NCBI GenBank assembly: GCA_965224025.1
Contig: OZ245033.1
Coordinates: 2,688,001 to 2,752,000 of the forward strand
Direction: 5' to 3'
DNA from: Candidatus Multivorans sp.
GTDB taxonomy: Bacteria; Acidobacteriota; Thermoanaerobaculia; Multivoradales; Multivoraceae
Length of the DNA: 64,000 nucleotides
Made by a program: the position numbers and the translations under genes. Shown here one piece after another: positions 9,593-19,222 of this stretch; the stretch's first letter is position 1, and the number at the start of each line of letters is the position of its first letter. A model generated the notes under the pieces. It had not been told where the DNA came from. It ran no database searches and saw only the letters and a program-made list of their open reading frames with translations.

Positions 9593-9837
9593 GCCAGAGT
9601 TCCGAGGGTCGCCAGACCGGGGCGGACATGTTTGGGTTCGACGCCAAGGAGCGATTGCTGCGAAAGAAGAGTTGGGAGTGACGCGAGGGCGACGAATACC
9701 AGCGGTGTCCACGCGACGCAGCCGACCGCTGATCGGCGCGTCCGCGTCGTCAGAGGCCCGGCGGCCGGTCCGACGTGGCATCCCGGTTGGTTCACTGGAC
9801 GTCGCCCTCGCGCCCACGCGGGAGGAAGGATATTGGC

Positions 9838-9908
9838 CCACCGGCGCTCTCGGAAGAGAGAATCCTCATCAATACGATCGCGTGTAGACTCTCGGGTGGC
9901 GCCGGTGG
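9838..9908 (-). terminator. Stem-loop downstream of precursor peptide A
   Basis: CCACCGGCGC (9838-9847) / GCGCCGGTGG (9899-9908) inverted repeat. Confidence 0.4.
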
Positions 9909-9917
9909 AGAGATTGG

Positions 9918-10211
9918 TTACACGCAGATAGCACCGACAAGGCCGAGGCCGGCACCCTGCCCGATTGGATCCCCTGCGATGGTGGCGGCTACGAAGAGCA
10001 GGTAGCCGAGACCCTTGACGGCCAGAGTGCAAGCTCCCGACCGCCACCCTTCACCGGTCACGGCGACCATGTCGGCATCCGTGAGTTGTTCGAGCCCGGG
10101 ATTGTCCGCGCCCGATGTGTCGCCCGCCACGGCCGTGACAGGGGGTTCTGCGAAGGCGCCGCCGACGCTCAGCACAAGCGCTGCCACTGCGAGAGTTAGA
10201 ACTTTCTTCAT
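9918..10211 (-). CDS. Putative secreted precursor peptide A (Sec signal + GG-type pro-segment + Cys-bracketed core)
   Basis: MKKVLTLAVAALVLSVGGAFA signal; GLEQLTDADMVAVTGE; core GWRSGAC...GDP...AICV; RBS GGAAAGGAACCAGGA. Confidence 0.85.
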   Translation of the reverse strand: MKKVLTLAVAALVLSVGGAFAEPPVTAVAGDTSGADNPGLEQLTDADMVAVTGEGWRSGACTLAVKGLGYLLFVAATIAGDPIGQGAGLGLVGAICV

Positions 10212-10364
10212 GATTCCTGGTTCCTTTCCGTTTCATTGGTTTGTGTTGCCGTCGACCCCGTTCGGAGAGGCCGACGACGCTGGTAGGCGGTGAGGTCCGG
10301 CGGAAGCCGAGAAGGCTTCGCAGGTCCGGCGACCCGCAGCGCCTCGTGGCGCCGCAGGGACTGT

Positions 10365-10390
10365 GCCCGCCTATAGACCTAAGACGGAAT
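10365..10390 (-). promoter_or_regulatory. Conserved upstream motif of peptide A (candidate promoter)
   Basis: Minus strand ATTCCGTCTTAGGTCTATAGGCGGGC, near-identical to 8798-8822. Confidence 0.55.
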
Positions 10391-10471
10391 TCGGAGCGGT
10401 TCTTGTCGCGAGGAACCTGAGAGGGGGGCTGGGTGGCGGTGGATGCGTGTCAGTCGATGGCGGAACCCGGC

Positions 10472-11161
10472 TCAGCCACCGAGCATCTTCTCCCGCCGTT
10501 CCGCTCGGGCGAAGGTAAGTGCCACGATGGCGACGATCGCGAGTGCGATGCCAATACGGTTCTGGACGCTCATGGCGAGCATCCGCGCCGCGTCGGCGTC
10601 CTCGATCGCGAGCGGATTCCATAGCGGCGAAATGCGGAACTGGATAGCGCCGAAGCTGGTGATCAAGCCGTTTAGGCCGAGGAGGCCGATCGTGGCCAGG
10701 GTACCGGCGACCTCGCTGCGGAACAGGGTGGCGAACCCCATCGCGGCAACGAGGTAGAAGACGACTCCCTGGCCCGCGCCGTAGAGGCTCTGGAGGACGG
10801 GGAAAGAGGTGAAGAAGGCGAACGAGACGGCCGCCATGAGAATCATGCTGGAGAGCAGGATCAGGATCGCGGCCGCGAGCTTGCTTAGCCAGACGCGATG
10901 GGCGCCTCCCGGCACGGTGTAGGCAATCTCCAGGCTGTGCTCGTCGAGTTCGCCTGTGATCGTCCGCCCACCCAGGAAGATGGCAAGGACTGCTACCGGC
11001 ACGCCGATCAGGGTGTTCTGGGCCGCCGCGGGCTCGAGCGTGGGCCGTCCCGCAAGCAGTAGCGCTGCCTGGATCGTCAGCCAAACGAGGGGCAGAAAAG
11101 GCAGCAACCAGTAGCGCCGCCCGGCCAGCAGCACCGCGGAGAGACGCAGCACGCCGATCAC
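10472..11161 (-). CDS. ABC-2-type small permease, copy A
   Basis: About 6 TM segments; GELDEHSLEIAYTVPGG; start overlaps the stop of the RND-ABC fusion (GTGA). Confidence 0.88.
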   Translation of the reverse strand: MIGVLRLSAVLLAGRRYWLLPFLPLVWLTIQAALLLAGRPTLEPAAAQNTLIGVPVAVLAIFLGGRTITGELDEHSLEIAYTVPGGAHRVWLSKLAAAILILLSSMILMAAVSFAFFTSFPVLQSLYGAGQGVVFYLVAAMGFATLFRSEVAGTLATIGLLGLNGLITSFGAIQFRISPLWNPLAIEDADAARMLAMSVQNRIGIALAIVAIVALTFARAERREKMLGG

Positions 11162-14100
11162 GCCGGGGTTCCACCGCGCGCCGCCCGCGCCAGCCAGAGG
11201 TAGCCGTCCTCGAGCGTGGGTTCGACCGGTTCGGCGCGTTGATCGGGGCGATCCGCGGCCAGCACGCGCAGGCGGCTGCTGCCGTCGGGCTCGGGTTGGC
11301 GATCAGCGAGCACGGACGTCTGGGGCAGCTCCGGCTCTTCATCTCCGGGCGCCGTCCAGGACCAGACGCGGCCTTCTGCCTCCCGGGACAGCGCCGCCGG
11401 CTCGCCGTCGAACACCATGCGGCCGCCGGTGAGCACCAGCACGCGCTCGCAGGCCACGGCCACGTCCTCGACGACGTGGGTGGAGAAGAGGACGATGCGG
11501 TCCTTGGCCAGGCGCGAGAGCAGGTTGCGGAAGCGGACGCGCTCGCGGGGGTCGAGACCGACGGTCGGCTCGTCGACGACGATGATCGGCGGCAGGCGCA
11601 GCAGCGTGCGGGCCACCGCGACCCGCTGCCGCATGCCGCCGGAGTAGCCACCGATCGGTTCGTCCGCGCGCTCGTCGAGTCCGACCTCGCGCAGCAGGGA
11701 CGCAATGCGCTCGGCTCGCTCCGACGCCTCGATCTGGTAGAGCGCGGCGTAGTACTCGAGGTACTGGCGGGCCGTCAGGCGCGCCGGCAGGCCGGCGTCC
11801 TGCGGCAGGTAGCCGACGTAGCGGGCCAGCCGCTTCCGGACGCTGAGCAGCGGCACGCCGCCCAGCGTGATCCGGCCGCGGGTCGAATCGAGAATGCCGG
11901 TCACCTGGCGGAGCAGGGTCGTCTTGCCGGCACCGTTCGGACCCAGCACGCCGACCATGCCTCGCTCGACTTCGAAGCTCACCGCGGCCAGCGCCTTCAC
12001 CGTGTCGATCGGCAGGTCGAGGCCGAAGATCCGGCTTGCAACCGCGCGCCAGAGGCGGATCAACATGCCGCGCCAGCCCCGTGTGCGCCGCTGGCGCGCC
12101 TCTCGCTGCTCCCGGCGCACCGTCTCGAGGCGCGCCGTGCGACGTCCGAGTTGGATGAAGAGAGTGATGGTGGAGAGGATGGTCACGACGACGAACCCGC
12201 CCACCGCGGGTTCGCTCGCGAGAGCCGGACCGGCGAGGCCCGCGAGAAGCGCCCAGGGCAGCAGGGCGGACAGCACGCCCTCGATGCCGCCCGGCTCGAC
12301 TCGTCCGAGCGCGTCGGCCCGGCCACGGGCACGCCGGACCTCGGTCAGCAACCGGGAAGCGATCAGCAGTGCGGCGATCCAGGCGCCCAGTTGGATCAGG
12401 TCGGCACGAAACCTCAGAGCCATGGCGACCGCGCCGGCGAGCAACAGGAGCAACGGCGGGATGCATTCCCGCGCGTCGGCGGGGTGGAACGCTTCACCGC
12501 CGCGGTCGACCACCTGCCTGGCGAAATCGGTCGACGCCCGCAGCGCCCGGCGCACCGGTCCCGCGAGGCCGTATGTCTTGCGCAGGTGGCGGACCACGAG
12601 GCGGGGCGGTCCGGCGCCGGCCTCCGGCTCCGGCGTCGGCGGCTTCGGCACCAGCCACACGGCGAGCCCGAGCAGCGCGCCGGCGATGAGGACCGTCGTC
12701 GTGATCTGCCAAAGCATGGACTCGATCACGCCGAGCACGAACAACGGGGCGGTGGCCGCGATGACCGCGCCGAGCCAGGTCAGCACCATCCAGGGTCCGA
12801 CGCGGCTGAACAGGTCGTCCAGGCGGCGCAGAAAGACGTAGCCGACCGGGATGACGAGCAGCGTGAGCACGGTCGAGGTCAGAAGACCGCCGATCACGAG
12901 TGTCGCGAAGGGCGGCCAGATCTCGTTCTCGCGTCCGGTGGCGATGGCCAGCGGCGCCAGCGCCGCGATTGTTGTCGCGCTCGTCATCAGCACCGGACGC
13001 GCGCGCTCCCGAACCGCGGCCAGGGCGGCGGCGCCGGCGCTCCAGCCGGCGCCGAGTACACGCTGCTGCATCCGGTCGACGAGCAGGACGGCGGGATTCA
13101 CCGCCAACCCCAGCAGGACGAGCGCCCCGAGCAGCGCCATCGGATCGAGCCCGATGCCTGAGAACATGAGCACCCACAGCGAGCCGAGCAGGGCCAGCGG
13201 CAGGGCCAGCAGGACGAGGATCGGCAGGGTCATCGATTCGAACGCCACCGCCAGAACCAGGAACACGAGCATCACGACCGGGCCGAGGACGCGCCGGAAC
13301 CAGCTCGTGTTCTCGTCCGAGCGGTCGAGCTCGATTGTCGTTCCGGGCGGGCGGTGGACGCTGGCGAGGGCCTCGTCCAGGTTGCGGTCGAACTCCAGCC
13401 GGGCCGCTCCGCTGCTTGGTACGTCGGACGAGACGCTGTAGATGACCTCCCGCTCGCGGCGGCCGTTGTGGTGGGTGATCACCGGGGAAGCCGGCGCGCG
13501 GCGGACCTGCGCCAGCGCCGCCACCGGCAGCACGCCGGCGCCGGTGGAGACGCGCAGCCGGGACAGGCCACTGAGCGACACTTCGCGGTCAGGACTCATC
13601 CCGTCTTCGGGCGTCGCGTCGCTGGGCCGAGCTTCCAGGCGTTGGACGACGATCGGAAGCTCGCGGCCGCTCGGAAGCGGGAAGCCGCTGTTGATGCTCG
13701 TGCCCTCGCGGCCGGCGAGATTCAGCATCGGCAGCACATCGTCGAGCAGCACGCCGAAGGTGTCGAAAGCGCGCCGGTTCGGGCTGACGTGGATCTCCTC
13801 GGGGCCGGGTCGCGAGGAGGGGAAGGCGCCGCTGATCCCCTCGATCTCCTTCAGCCGCTCGGCAACCTCGGCAGCGAGACCGGTCAACTGATCGTTGTCG
13901 TTTCCGGACAGGATGACCTTTTGGGGGCCGCCGCCGAGCAACTCCTGGGCGCCGCCCCCGCCGCCGGGGCCGCCGCCGCGACCGCCCGGGCCTTCGCCTT
14001 CGCCGGGTCGCAGAATCTCGGTGCCGGCGCGCCGGTTCGCGGCCCTGCGTACGAGCTGACGGATTCGCCGCGCGGTCAGTTCCTCGGGACGGTCCTCGAG

Positions 14101-15975
14101 GGGCTCGAGGTGCACCGTCAACGAGCCCCCCTCCTCGCGGATCATGCTTTCGACGCGGTCCACACCGTCGACTTCATGAACCGCTTCCAGGGGCTGAAAG
14201 GCGCGCACCGCGGCATCGAGCGAACTGCGGCTCTCGTCGAGGCGCACCGAGAGCTGGACCTGGTCTGCGATTTCTGCGTCCGGCGACACCGTGTTTCCGA
14301 GCACAAAGGGCAGGGCCACGAGCGCGGTGACGACGACGGCGAGAGCCACCGACGTGACCCAGCTCGCGGGCCGCCTCAATGCCGAGGCGAGAACTCCCGC
14401 GAACAGGATGCGGGTCGGGTCGGGCGGCGCCTGTCCGGCGAAGCGTTCGCGTCGCCGGCGCAGTCGGTCCAGCCGGCGGATTGCCGCGGGCGCGGCCAGA
14501 TGGCGGGCCAGCAGCGGTACGAGACCGATCGCCACCAGCAGGGAACCGAACAGCGGCAGCAGGATCGAGAGGGCGGCGATCGCGATCAGGTTGCGGATGA
14601 ACGACGATCCCAGGTCGACGAGCAACGGCGGCACGAACACGACCGCGGTGGTCACCGACGCGGCGATGATCGCGCGGGCGGTGCGACGAATGCCCCCCGC
14701 CGCGGCGTCGTCGGGACTTCGTCCTCGTTCGAGGCGCCGCTGGACGGACTCGAAGACGACGACGCTGTTGTCGACCAGGAGGCCGACCCCGACCGCCAGG
14801 CCGAAGAGGCTGATCAGGTTCAGCGTCTGGCCCGCCAGATAGAGGAAAGCCAGGGCCGAGGCCAGACTGACCGGCACGGCGATGGCGACAACCGCCACTG
14901 CCCGCCACTGTCGGAGGAAAAGGAACAGGACGGCGAGAGCGATCAGGAAACCGGTCAGACCGAGTTTCTTGAGCCGGTCGATCTGGGTCTCGACGAGCTC
15001 CGCGGCGTCGAAGCTGCTCAGCAGGCGAATGCCCAGCGGCTGGAGATCTTCGTTGATCTCTTCGATTCGGCGGCGGAGGTCGCGGCCGAGGCGAACCAGG
15101 TTCGCACCCTCTTCCTGGAGCACCATGACTCCGACCGAGGGGTCGCCGTTGACCCGGAACAGCGTTTGCCGCCGGCCGGGGCCGACCTCGATTTCGGCGA
15201 CGTGGCGCACCAGGGCCGGCCGGTCCGGCACGATCCGGACTTCGCCCATGGACACCGGCCCGATCGGGCGGCCGTCGAGCATCACCGCCATCCTCCCGGC
15301 CTCGTCCTCCAGGCTGCCGAGGTAGCGCAGGCGGCCGGCCGCGGCGCGCACCGCCGCCGTCACCTGCTCCGTGGTGACGCCGAGCGCGGCACAGCGGTTC
15401 GGGTCGACCCAGACGGTCAACTGGCGCGCCGCGCCGCCGCCGACCATCGCCTGGCTGACGCCCGAAACCGCGGCCAGCCGCGGAGTGACGAGTTCGTCGA
15501 CCAAACCGCGCAGGGCGTTCTGATCGGCCGCGCCGGTGACCTGCAGAACCATGGCGAAACTGGAAAGAAAGCCGGTGTCCTGGGACTGGACATCGAGGAA
15601 GGCATTCCGCGGCTGGGTGCGGGCCAGGTCCGCGGCGATCCGGCGCACCTCCAGCTCGCGCACCTTCAGGTCGACGCCACGCTCGAAGAGGATCGTGAAG
15701 CTGCCGCCGGAGCCGATGACCTCGCCCCAGGTTTCGGCGACCCGCGGCAGGGTCCGTACCCGGGCCTCCAGAGGCATCAGGATCTCCCGCTCGATGGTCT
15801 CCGGTTCGCTGCCCGGGCGGAAGAAGTTGACGTAGAGCTGGTCGCCGGTCAGGGCGGGGAAGAGTTCCACCGGCAACCTTTGCCATGCGAACAGCCCCAT
15901 GATCACCAGCCCCAGGAAGAACATCGCCACGGCGACGGGGCGGCGAATGGCGAGGGTGTCGAGACCGGCTCTCAC
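11158..15975 (-). CDS. RND efflux permease fused to a C-terminal ABC ATPase domain
   Basis: AcrB-like RRPVAVAM, LPVELFP, GLLVDNSVVV, RARPVLMTS; C-terminal GPNGAGKTT, GYLPQD, YSGGMRQR, IIVVDEPT, STH; single 1605-aa ORF. Confidence 0.9.
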   Translation of the reverse strand: MRAGLDTLAIRRPVAVAMFFLGLVIMGLFAWQRLPVELFPALTGDQLYVNFFRPGSEPETIEREILMPLEARVRTLPRVAETWGEVIGSGGSFTILFERGVDLKVRELEVRRIAADLARTQPRNAFLDVQSQDTGFLSSFAMVLQVTGAADQNALRGLVDELVTPRLAAVSGVSQAMVGGGAARQLTVWVDPNRCAALGVTTEQVTAAVRAAAGRLRYLGSLEDEAGRMAVMLDGRPIGPVSMGEVRIVPDRPALVRHVAEIEVGPGRRQTLFRVNGDPSVGVMVLQEEGANLVRLGRDLRRRIEEINEDLQPLGIRLLSSFDAAELVETQIDRLKKLGLTGFLIALAVLFLFLRQWRAVAVVAIAVPVSLASALAFLYLAGQTLNLISLFGLAVGVGLLVDNSVVVFESVQRRLERGRSPDDAAAGGIRRTARAIIAASVTTAVVFVPPLLVDLGSSFIRNLIAIAALSILLPLFGSLLVAIGLVPLLARHLAAPAAIRRLDRLRRRRERFAGQAPPDPTRILFAGVLASALRRPASWVTSVALAVVVTALVALPFVLGNTVSPDAEIADQVQLSVRLDESRSSLDAAVRAFQPLEAVHEVDGVDRVESMIREEGGSLTVHLEPLEDRPEELTARRIRQLVRRAANRRAGTEILRPGEGEGPGGRGGGPGGGGGAQELLGGGPQKVILSGNDNDQLTGLAAEVAERLKEIEGISGAFPSSRPGPEEIHVSPNRRAFDTFGVLLDDVLPMLNLAGREGTSINSGFPLPSGRELPIVVQRLEARPSDATPEDGMSPDREVSLSGLSRLRVSTGAGVLPVAALAQVRRAPASPVITHHNGRREREVIYSVSSDVPSSGAARLEFDRNLDEALASVHRPPGTTIELDRSDENTSWFRRVLGPVVMLVFLVLAVAFESMTLPILVLLALPLALLGSLWVLMFSGIGLDPMALLGALVLLGLAVNPAVLLVDRMQQRVLGAGWSAGAAALAAVRERARPVLMTSATTIAALAPLAIATGRENEIWPPFATLVIGGLLTSTVLTLLVIPVGYVFLRRLDDLFSRVGPWMVLTWLGAVIAATAPLFVLGVIESMLWQITTTVLIAGALLGLAVWLVPKPPTPEPEAGAGPPRLVVRHLRKTYGLAGPVRRALRASTDFARQVVDRGGEAFHPADARECIPPLLLLLAGAVAMALRFRADLIQLGAWIAALLIASRLLTEVRRARGRADALGRVEPGGIEGVLSALLPWALLAGLAGPALASEPAVGGFVVVTILSTITLFIQLGRRTARLETVRREQREARQRRTRGWRGMLIRLWRAVASRIFGLDLPIDTVKALAAVSFEVERGMVGVLGPNGAGKTTLLRQVTGILDSTRGRITLGGVPLLSVRKRLARYVGYLPQDAGLPARLTARQYLEYYAALYQIEASERAERIASLLREVGLDERADEPIGGYSGGMRQRVAVARTLLRLPPIIVVDEPTVGLDPRERVRFRNLLSRLAKDRIVLFSTHVVEDVAVACERVLVLTGGRMVFDGEPAALSREAEGRVWSWTAPGDEEPELPQTSVLADRQPEPDGSSRLRVLAADRPDQRAEPVEPTLEDGYLWLARAARGGTPA

Positions 15976-15988
15976 GTCGCCTTCCGGT

Positions 15989-18900
15989 TCAGGCCCCGGC
16001 CGGGGCGCGGCGGCGCCGGGTCAGTCGCATCGAGTCGAGGATCAGGTAGAGGCAGGGCAGGACGAGGAGCGAGCCGACGGTGGAAGTCAGGATGCCTCCG
16101 ATGATCGTGTACGCCATCGGGCTCCGCAGTTCCGCGGCCTCGCCGGCGCCGAGAGCGAGCGGCGCCAGCACCAGGACGGTGGTCAGAGTCGTCATCAGGA
16201 TCGGCCGCAGCCGGATCGCCGCGGCCCGGGCCAGCGCGGCGTGCCGCTCCATGCCGGCGGCGAGCAGGCGCCGGGCGGTGGCGATCAGCAGGACCGCGTC
16301 GTTCACCGCCACGCCCGCGAGCACGATGAGGCCGAGCAGCGCCATGACCCCGACCGGCCGCCCGAGGAAGCCGAGGGTGCAGGCGACGCCGACCAGAGCC
16401 AGGGGGATCGAGAACAGCACCGTGAGCGGTTGGAGCAGGGACTCGAACGTTCCGGCCAGGACCATCAGCACGAGAACGAGTGCCAGCAGGCCCGCCCAGC
16501 GCAGTTCGCCGACGGCGCGCTCGCGTTCCTCCTCCTCGCCGGCCAGACGGACCCCCAGACCGGAGGGCAGGTCGGTTGCCGCGATCGCCTCGCCGGCTGC
16601 CGCGACAGCGCGCGGGTAGTCGCTGTCCTCGGCGACCCGGGCGGTCACCTGGGCGACGCGGCGCTGGTCGCGGCGGAAGACCTCGCGGGCGCCCTCGGCG
16701 GGGACGAAGCGGGCGACCTGGCCGAGGGCGAGATCCGCGCCGGCGTTGCTTGTGAAGCGCAGTTCGGCGAGTTCTTCGGGCCGCGGCTGGGGCAGAGAGA
16801 GGACGACATGGCGCTCCTCGTCTCCGGTCGAGAGCAGGGTGACCCTGCGGCCGTCGAGTGCGGACTGGAGCACTCGGGCGATCGTCTCCAGGCCGACGCC
16901 CAGACCGTCGGCCATCGCGCGGTCGAGTTCGATCCGCAGTTCCGGCGGCCCGCCCTCGAACGAGGAGCGGACGTTCCAGAGTTCGGATTGTGCGGCGAGG
17001 GCGTCGCGCAGTCTGGTGGCCGCCAGGCGCAGGTCGGGTAGCGACTGGCCGGCGATCTCGACCACGATCGGCGGCCCCGCGGAGCCAAGCGCGCGCGACA
17101 GGGCGGAGGCCCCGACCTCCCACTCGATCTCGGTACCCGGCAGGTCTTCGAAGTTGGGCTGCAGGGCGGCCACGATCTGGCCGCCGGTCGGCCCTTCGGC
17201 GGACATCCGGACGAGCAGGCGGGCCGTGTTCTCTTCGGTCAGCTCCGTGGTCACCAGCCGATCGTCCTCGGGCAGGCGGCCGACCTCGGCCTGGATCGCC
17301 TCCAGGTGCTCGCCGGCAGCCTGCCGGACCGCCTCTTCCAGCGTCGCAACGGCGCCGGCGGTGGCCTCGACGCGCTGGCCGGGCGGGCCCACCATGCGCA
17401 CCGAGAACTGCCGCGGGTCGGCGGGCGGCAGCAGCTCGCTGCCGAGTCCGAGCAGAACGTGGACGCCGCCGGCGGCGGCGAGCACCGCCGTCGCGACGAC
17501 CAGCCAGCGCAGCCGGAGCAGGGAGAGAACCAGGCGCTCGACGGCGCCGAAGGCCCAGCCCAGCGGGCGCGCCTCGTCTTCGTCGGGGTCCGCGGTTGTG
17601 CCGGTGGTTGCCGCCTCCGATGCCTCCTCAGTGGCCTCGGGCGCGGCGGTTTCCGGCTTCGCGCGCGGCAGGAGCCAGCGCGACAGGGCCGGAATCAGCA
17701 TGATCGCGACCGCCAGGGAGGCGCCGAGAGAGGCGGTGACGGTGAAGGCGATGCCCTCGATCAGACGCGCCGCCAGCCCCTGGACGAAGAGGACGGGTAG
17801 GAAGACCACGCAGGTGGTGAGCGTCGAGGCGGCGATTGCGCCCGCGACCTCGCCCGTGCCCCTGGCGGCCGTGTCGGCTGCCGAAGCGCCGGGGCGGTGG
17901 CGGCGGTGGATGCTCTCGACAACGACGATCGCGTTGTCCACCAGCATGCCGGCGCCGAGCGCCAGCCCGGCCAGGGTGATGATGTTCAGGGAGTGCTCCC
18001 ACAGCCGCATCGCGAACAGGGCGACGAACAGGGACACCGGCACTGCCGAGGCCACGACCACGGTCGGACCGAGGGAGCGCAGGAACAGCGCCAGGACGAC
18101 GACGGCGAGGGCGATGCCGATCAGGGCCGCGTTCAACAGATCGTCCATCGCGTCCTCGACCAGGGCGGCGTCGTCGTTGACCATCGAGACGCTGACCCGG
18201 GGCAGGTCGCGCTCCAGGTCGTCGAGCGCCGCGCGCACGGTGCGCGAGACCTCCACGGTGTTCGCGCCGGCCTCCTTGAACACCTGGAGACCGACGCCCT
18301 CCCGGCCGTTCACCCGCACCAGGTGGTCGATCTCGGCGTGGGCGAGTTCGACCTCGGCGACATCGGAGACCCGGATCGGCTGACGGACCTGCTGGCCTCC
18401 CCCCACCTGCTGAGTGCGGTAGCGCACGACGACCCGCTCGACATCGCGGGAGTTCCGGAACCGGGAGATGCCGCGAACGAGATAGACTTGACCGCCGTCC
18501 TCCAGGGTGCCGGCGTCGATGTCGACGTTCTCGGCTACGAGTCGCTGCTCGAGTTGATTCAACGTGACGCCGAACGCCTGCAGGCGGTAGCGGTCGACGC
18601 GTACACGGACCTCCAGGTCGCGTCCGCCGAGGACCCGGACCTCGGCGACGTCGGCAAGCTGCTCCATGGCCGGCGCCACTTGGCGGCGCGCCAGGCGGCG
18701 GAGCTCGGCGAGATCGGGTCCTTCGGGCTCGGCGGCCAGCCCCAGGGTGATCACCGGCGACTGCCGCGGATCGAGTTGACGGACCAGGACCTCGTCGACT
18801 TCGGGGTCGGCGGCGACCGGATTGACCGCCTTCTGCACCTCGATCAGCGCCAAGTCCATGTCGGCGTCCCAGTCGAAGCGGACGGTGGCGATCAGGCGGC

Positions 18901-19183
18901 CGGTGCGGGCCACCTGGTGAACCTCGCGGAGGCCGCGCACCGTGAACAGGCGCTGCTCGACCTGCTCGCCGTAGAGCCGCTCCATCTCGGTCGGCGGCCG
19001 GTCGCCGGAACGCACGGCGACGACGATGGTCGGCGAACGCAGGTCGGGCAGGAGGTCGATCGGCAGTTCGCGCCACGACATCCAGCCCACCAGGGCGAAG
19101 GCCAGGGCGGTGACGGTGACCGCTACGGGCCGGCGCGCAGCCAGGCGGGCGGGACCGAAGGTCTCACCGGATGTTCGAGTCAT
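15989..19183 (-). CDS. RND (AcrB/AcrD/AcrF family) efflux permease
   Basis: LPIDLLP, GMLVDNAIVVVE, GVAVNDAVLL, RLRPILMTTLTT; 1064 aa. Confidence 0.93.
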   Translation of the reverse strand: MTRTSGETFGPARLAARRPVAVTVTALAFALVGWMSWRELPIDLLPDLRSPTIVVAVRSGDRPPTEMERLYGEQVEQRLFTVRGLREVHQVARTGRLIATVRFDWDADMDLALIEVQKAVNPVAADPEVDEVLVRQLDPRQSPVITLGLAAEPEGPDLAELRRLARRQVAPAMEQLADVAEVRVLGGRDLEVRVRVDRYRLQAFGVTLNQLEQRLVAENVDIDAGTLEDGGQVYLVRGISRFRNSRDVERVVVRYRTQQVGGGQQVRQPIRVSDVAEVELAHAEIDHLVRVNGREGVGLQVFKEAGANTVEVSRTVRAALDDLERDLPRVSVSMVNDDAALVEDAMDDLLNAALIGIALAVVVLALFLRSLGPTVVVASAVPVSLFVALFAMRLWEHSLNIITLAGLALGAGMLVDNAIVVVESIHRRHRPGASAADTAARGTGEVAGAIAASTLTTCVVFLPVLFVQGLAARLIEGIAFTVTASLGASLAVAIMLIPALSRWLLPRAKPETAAPEATEEASEAATTGTTADPDEDEARPLGWAFGAVERLVLSLLRLRWLVVATAVLAAAGGVHVLLGLGSELLPPADPRQFSVRMVGPPGQRVEATAGAVATLEEAVRQAAGEHLEAIQAEVGRLPEDDRLVTTELTEENTARLLVRMSAEGPTGGQIVAALQPNFEDLPGTEIEWEVGASALSRALGSAGPPIVVEIAGQSLPDLRLAATRLRDALAAQSELWNVRSSFEGGPPELRIELDRAMADGLGVGLETIARVLQSALDGRRVTLLSTGDEERHVVLSLPQPRPEELAELRFTSNAGADLALGQVARFVPAEGAREVFRRDQRRVAQVTARVAEDSDYPRAVAAAGEAIAATDLPSGLGVRLAGEEEERERAVGELRWAGLLALVLVLMVLAGTFESLLQPLTVLFSIPLALVGVACTLGFLGRPVGVMALLGLIVLAGVAVNDAVLLIATARRLLAAGMERHAALARAAAIRLRPILMTTLTTVLVLAPLALGAGEAAELRSPMAYTIIGGILTSTVGSLLVLPCLYLILDSMRLTRRRRAPAGA

Positions 19184-19222
19184 CGTGCCGGGCTCCGGTG
19201 GTCAGAGCTGCCGAATCGGCTC

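Noticed and set aside
9776-9791. Sigma54-like TGGCAT-N5-TTGG on plus strand
   Set aside because: The -12 GC is missing and there is no credible downstream plus-strand gene.
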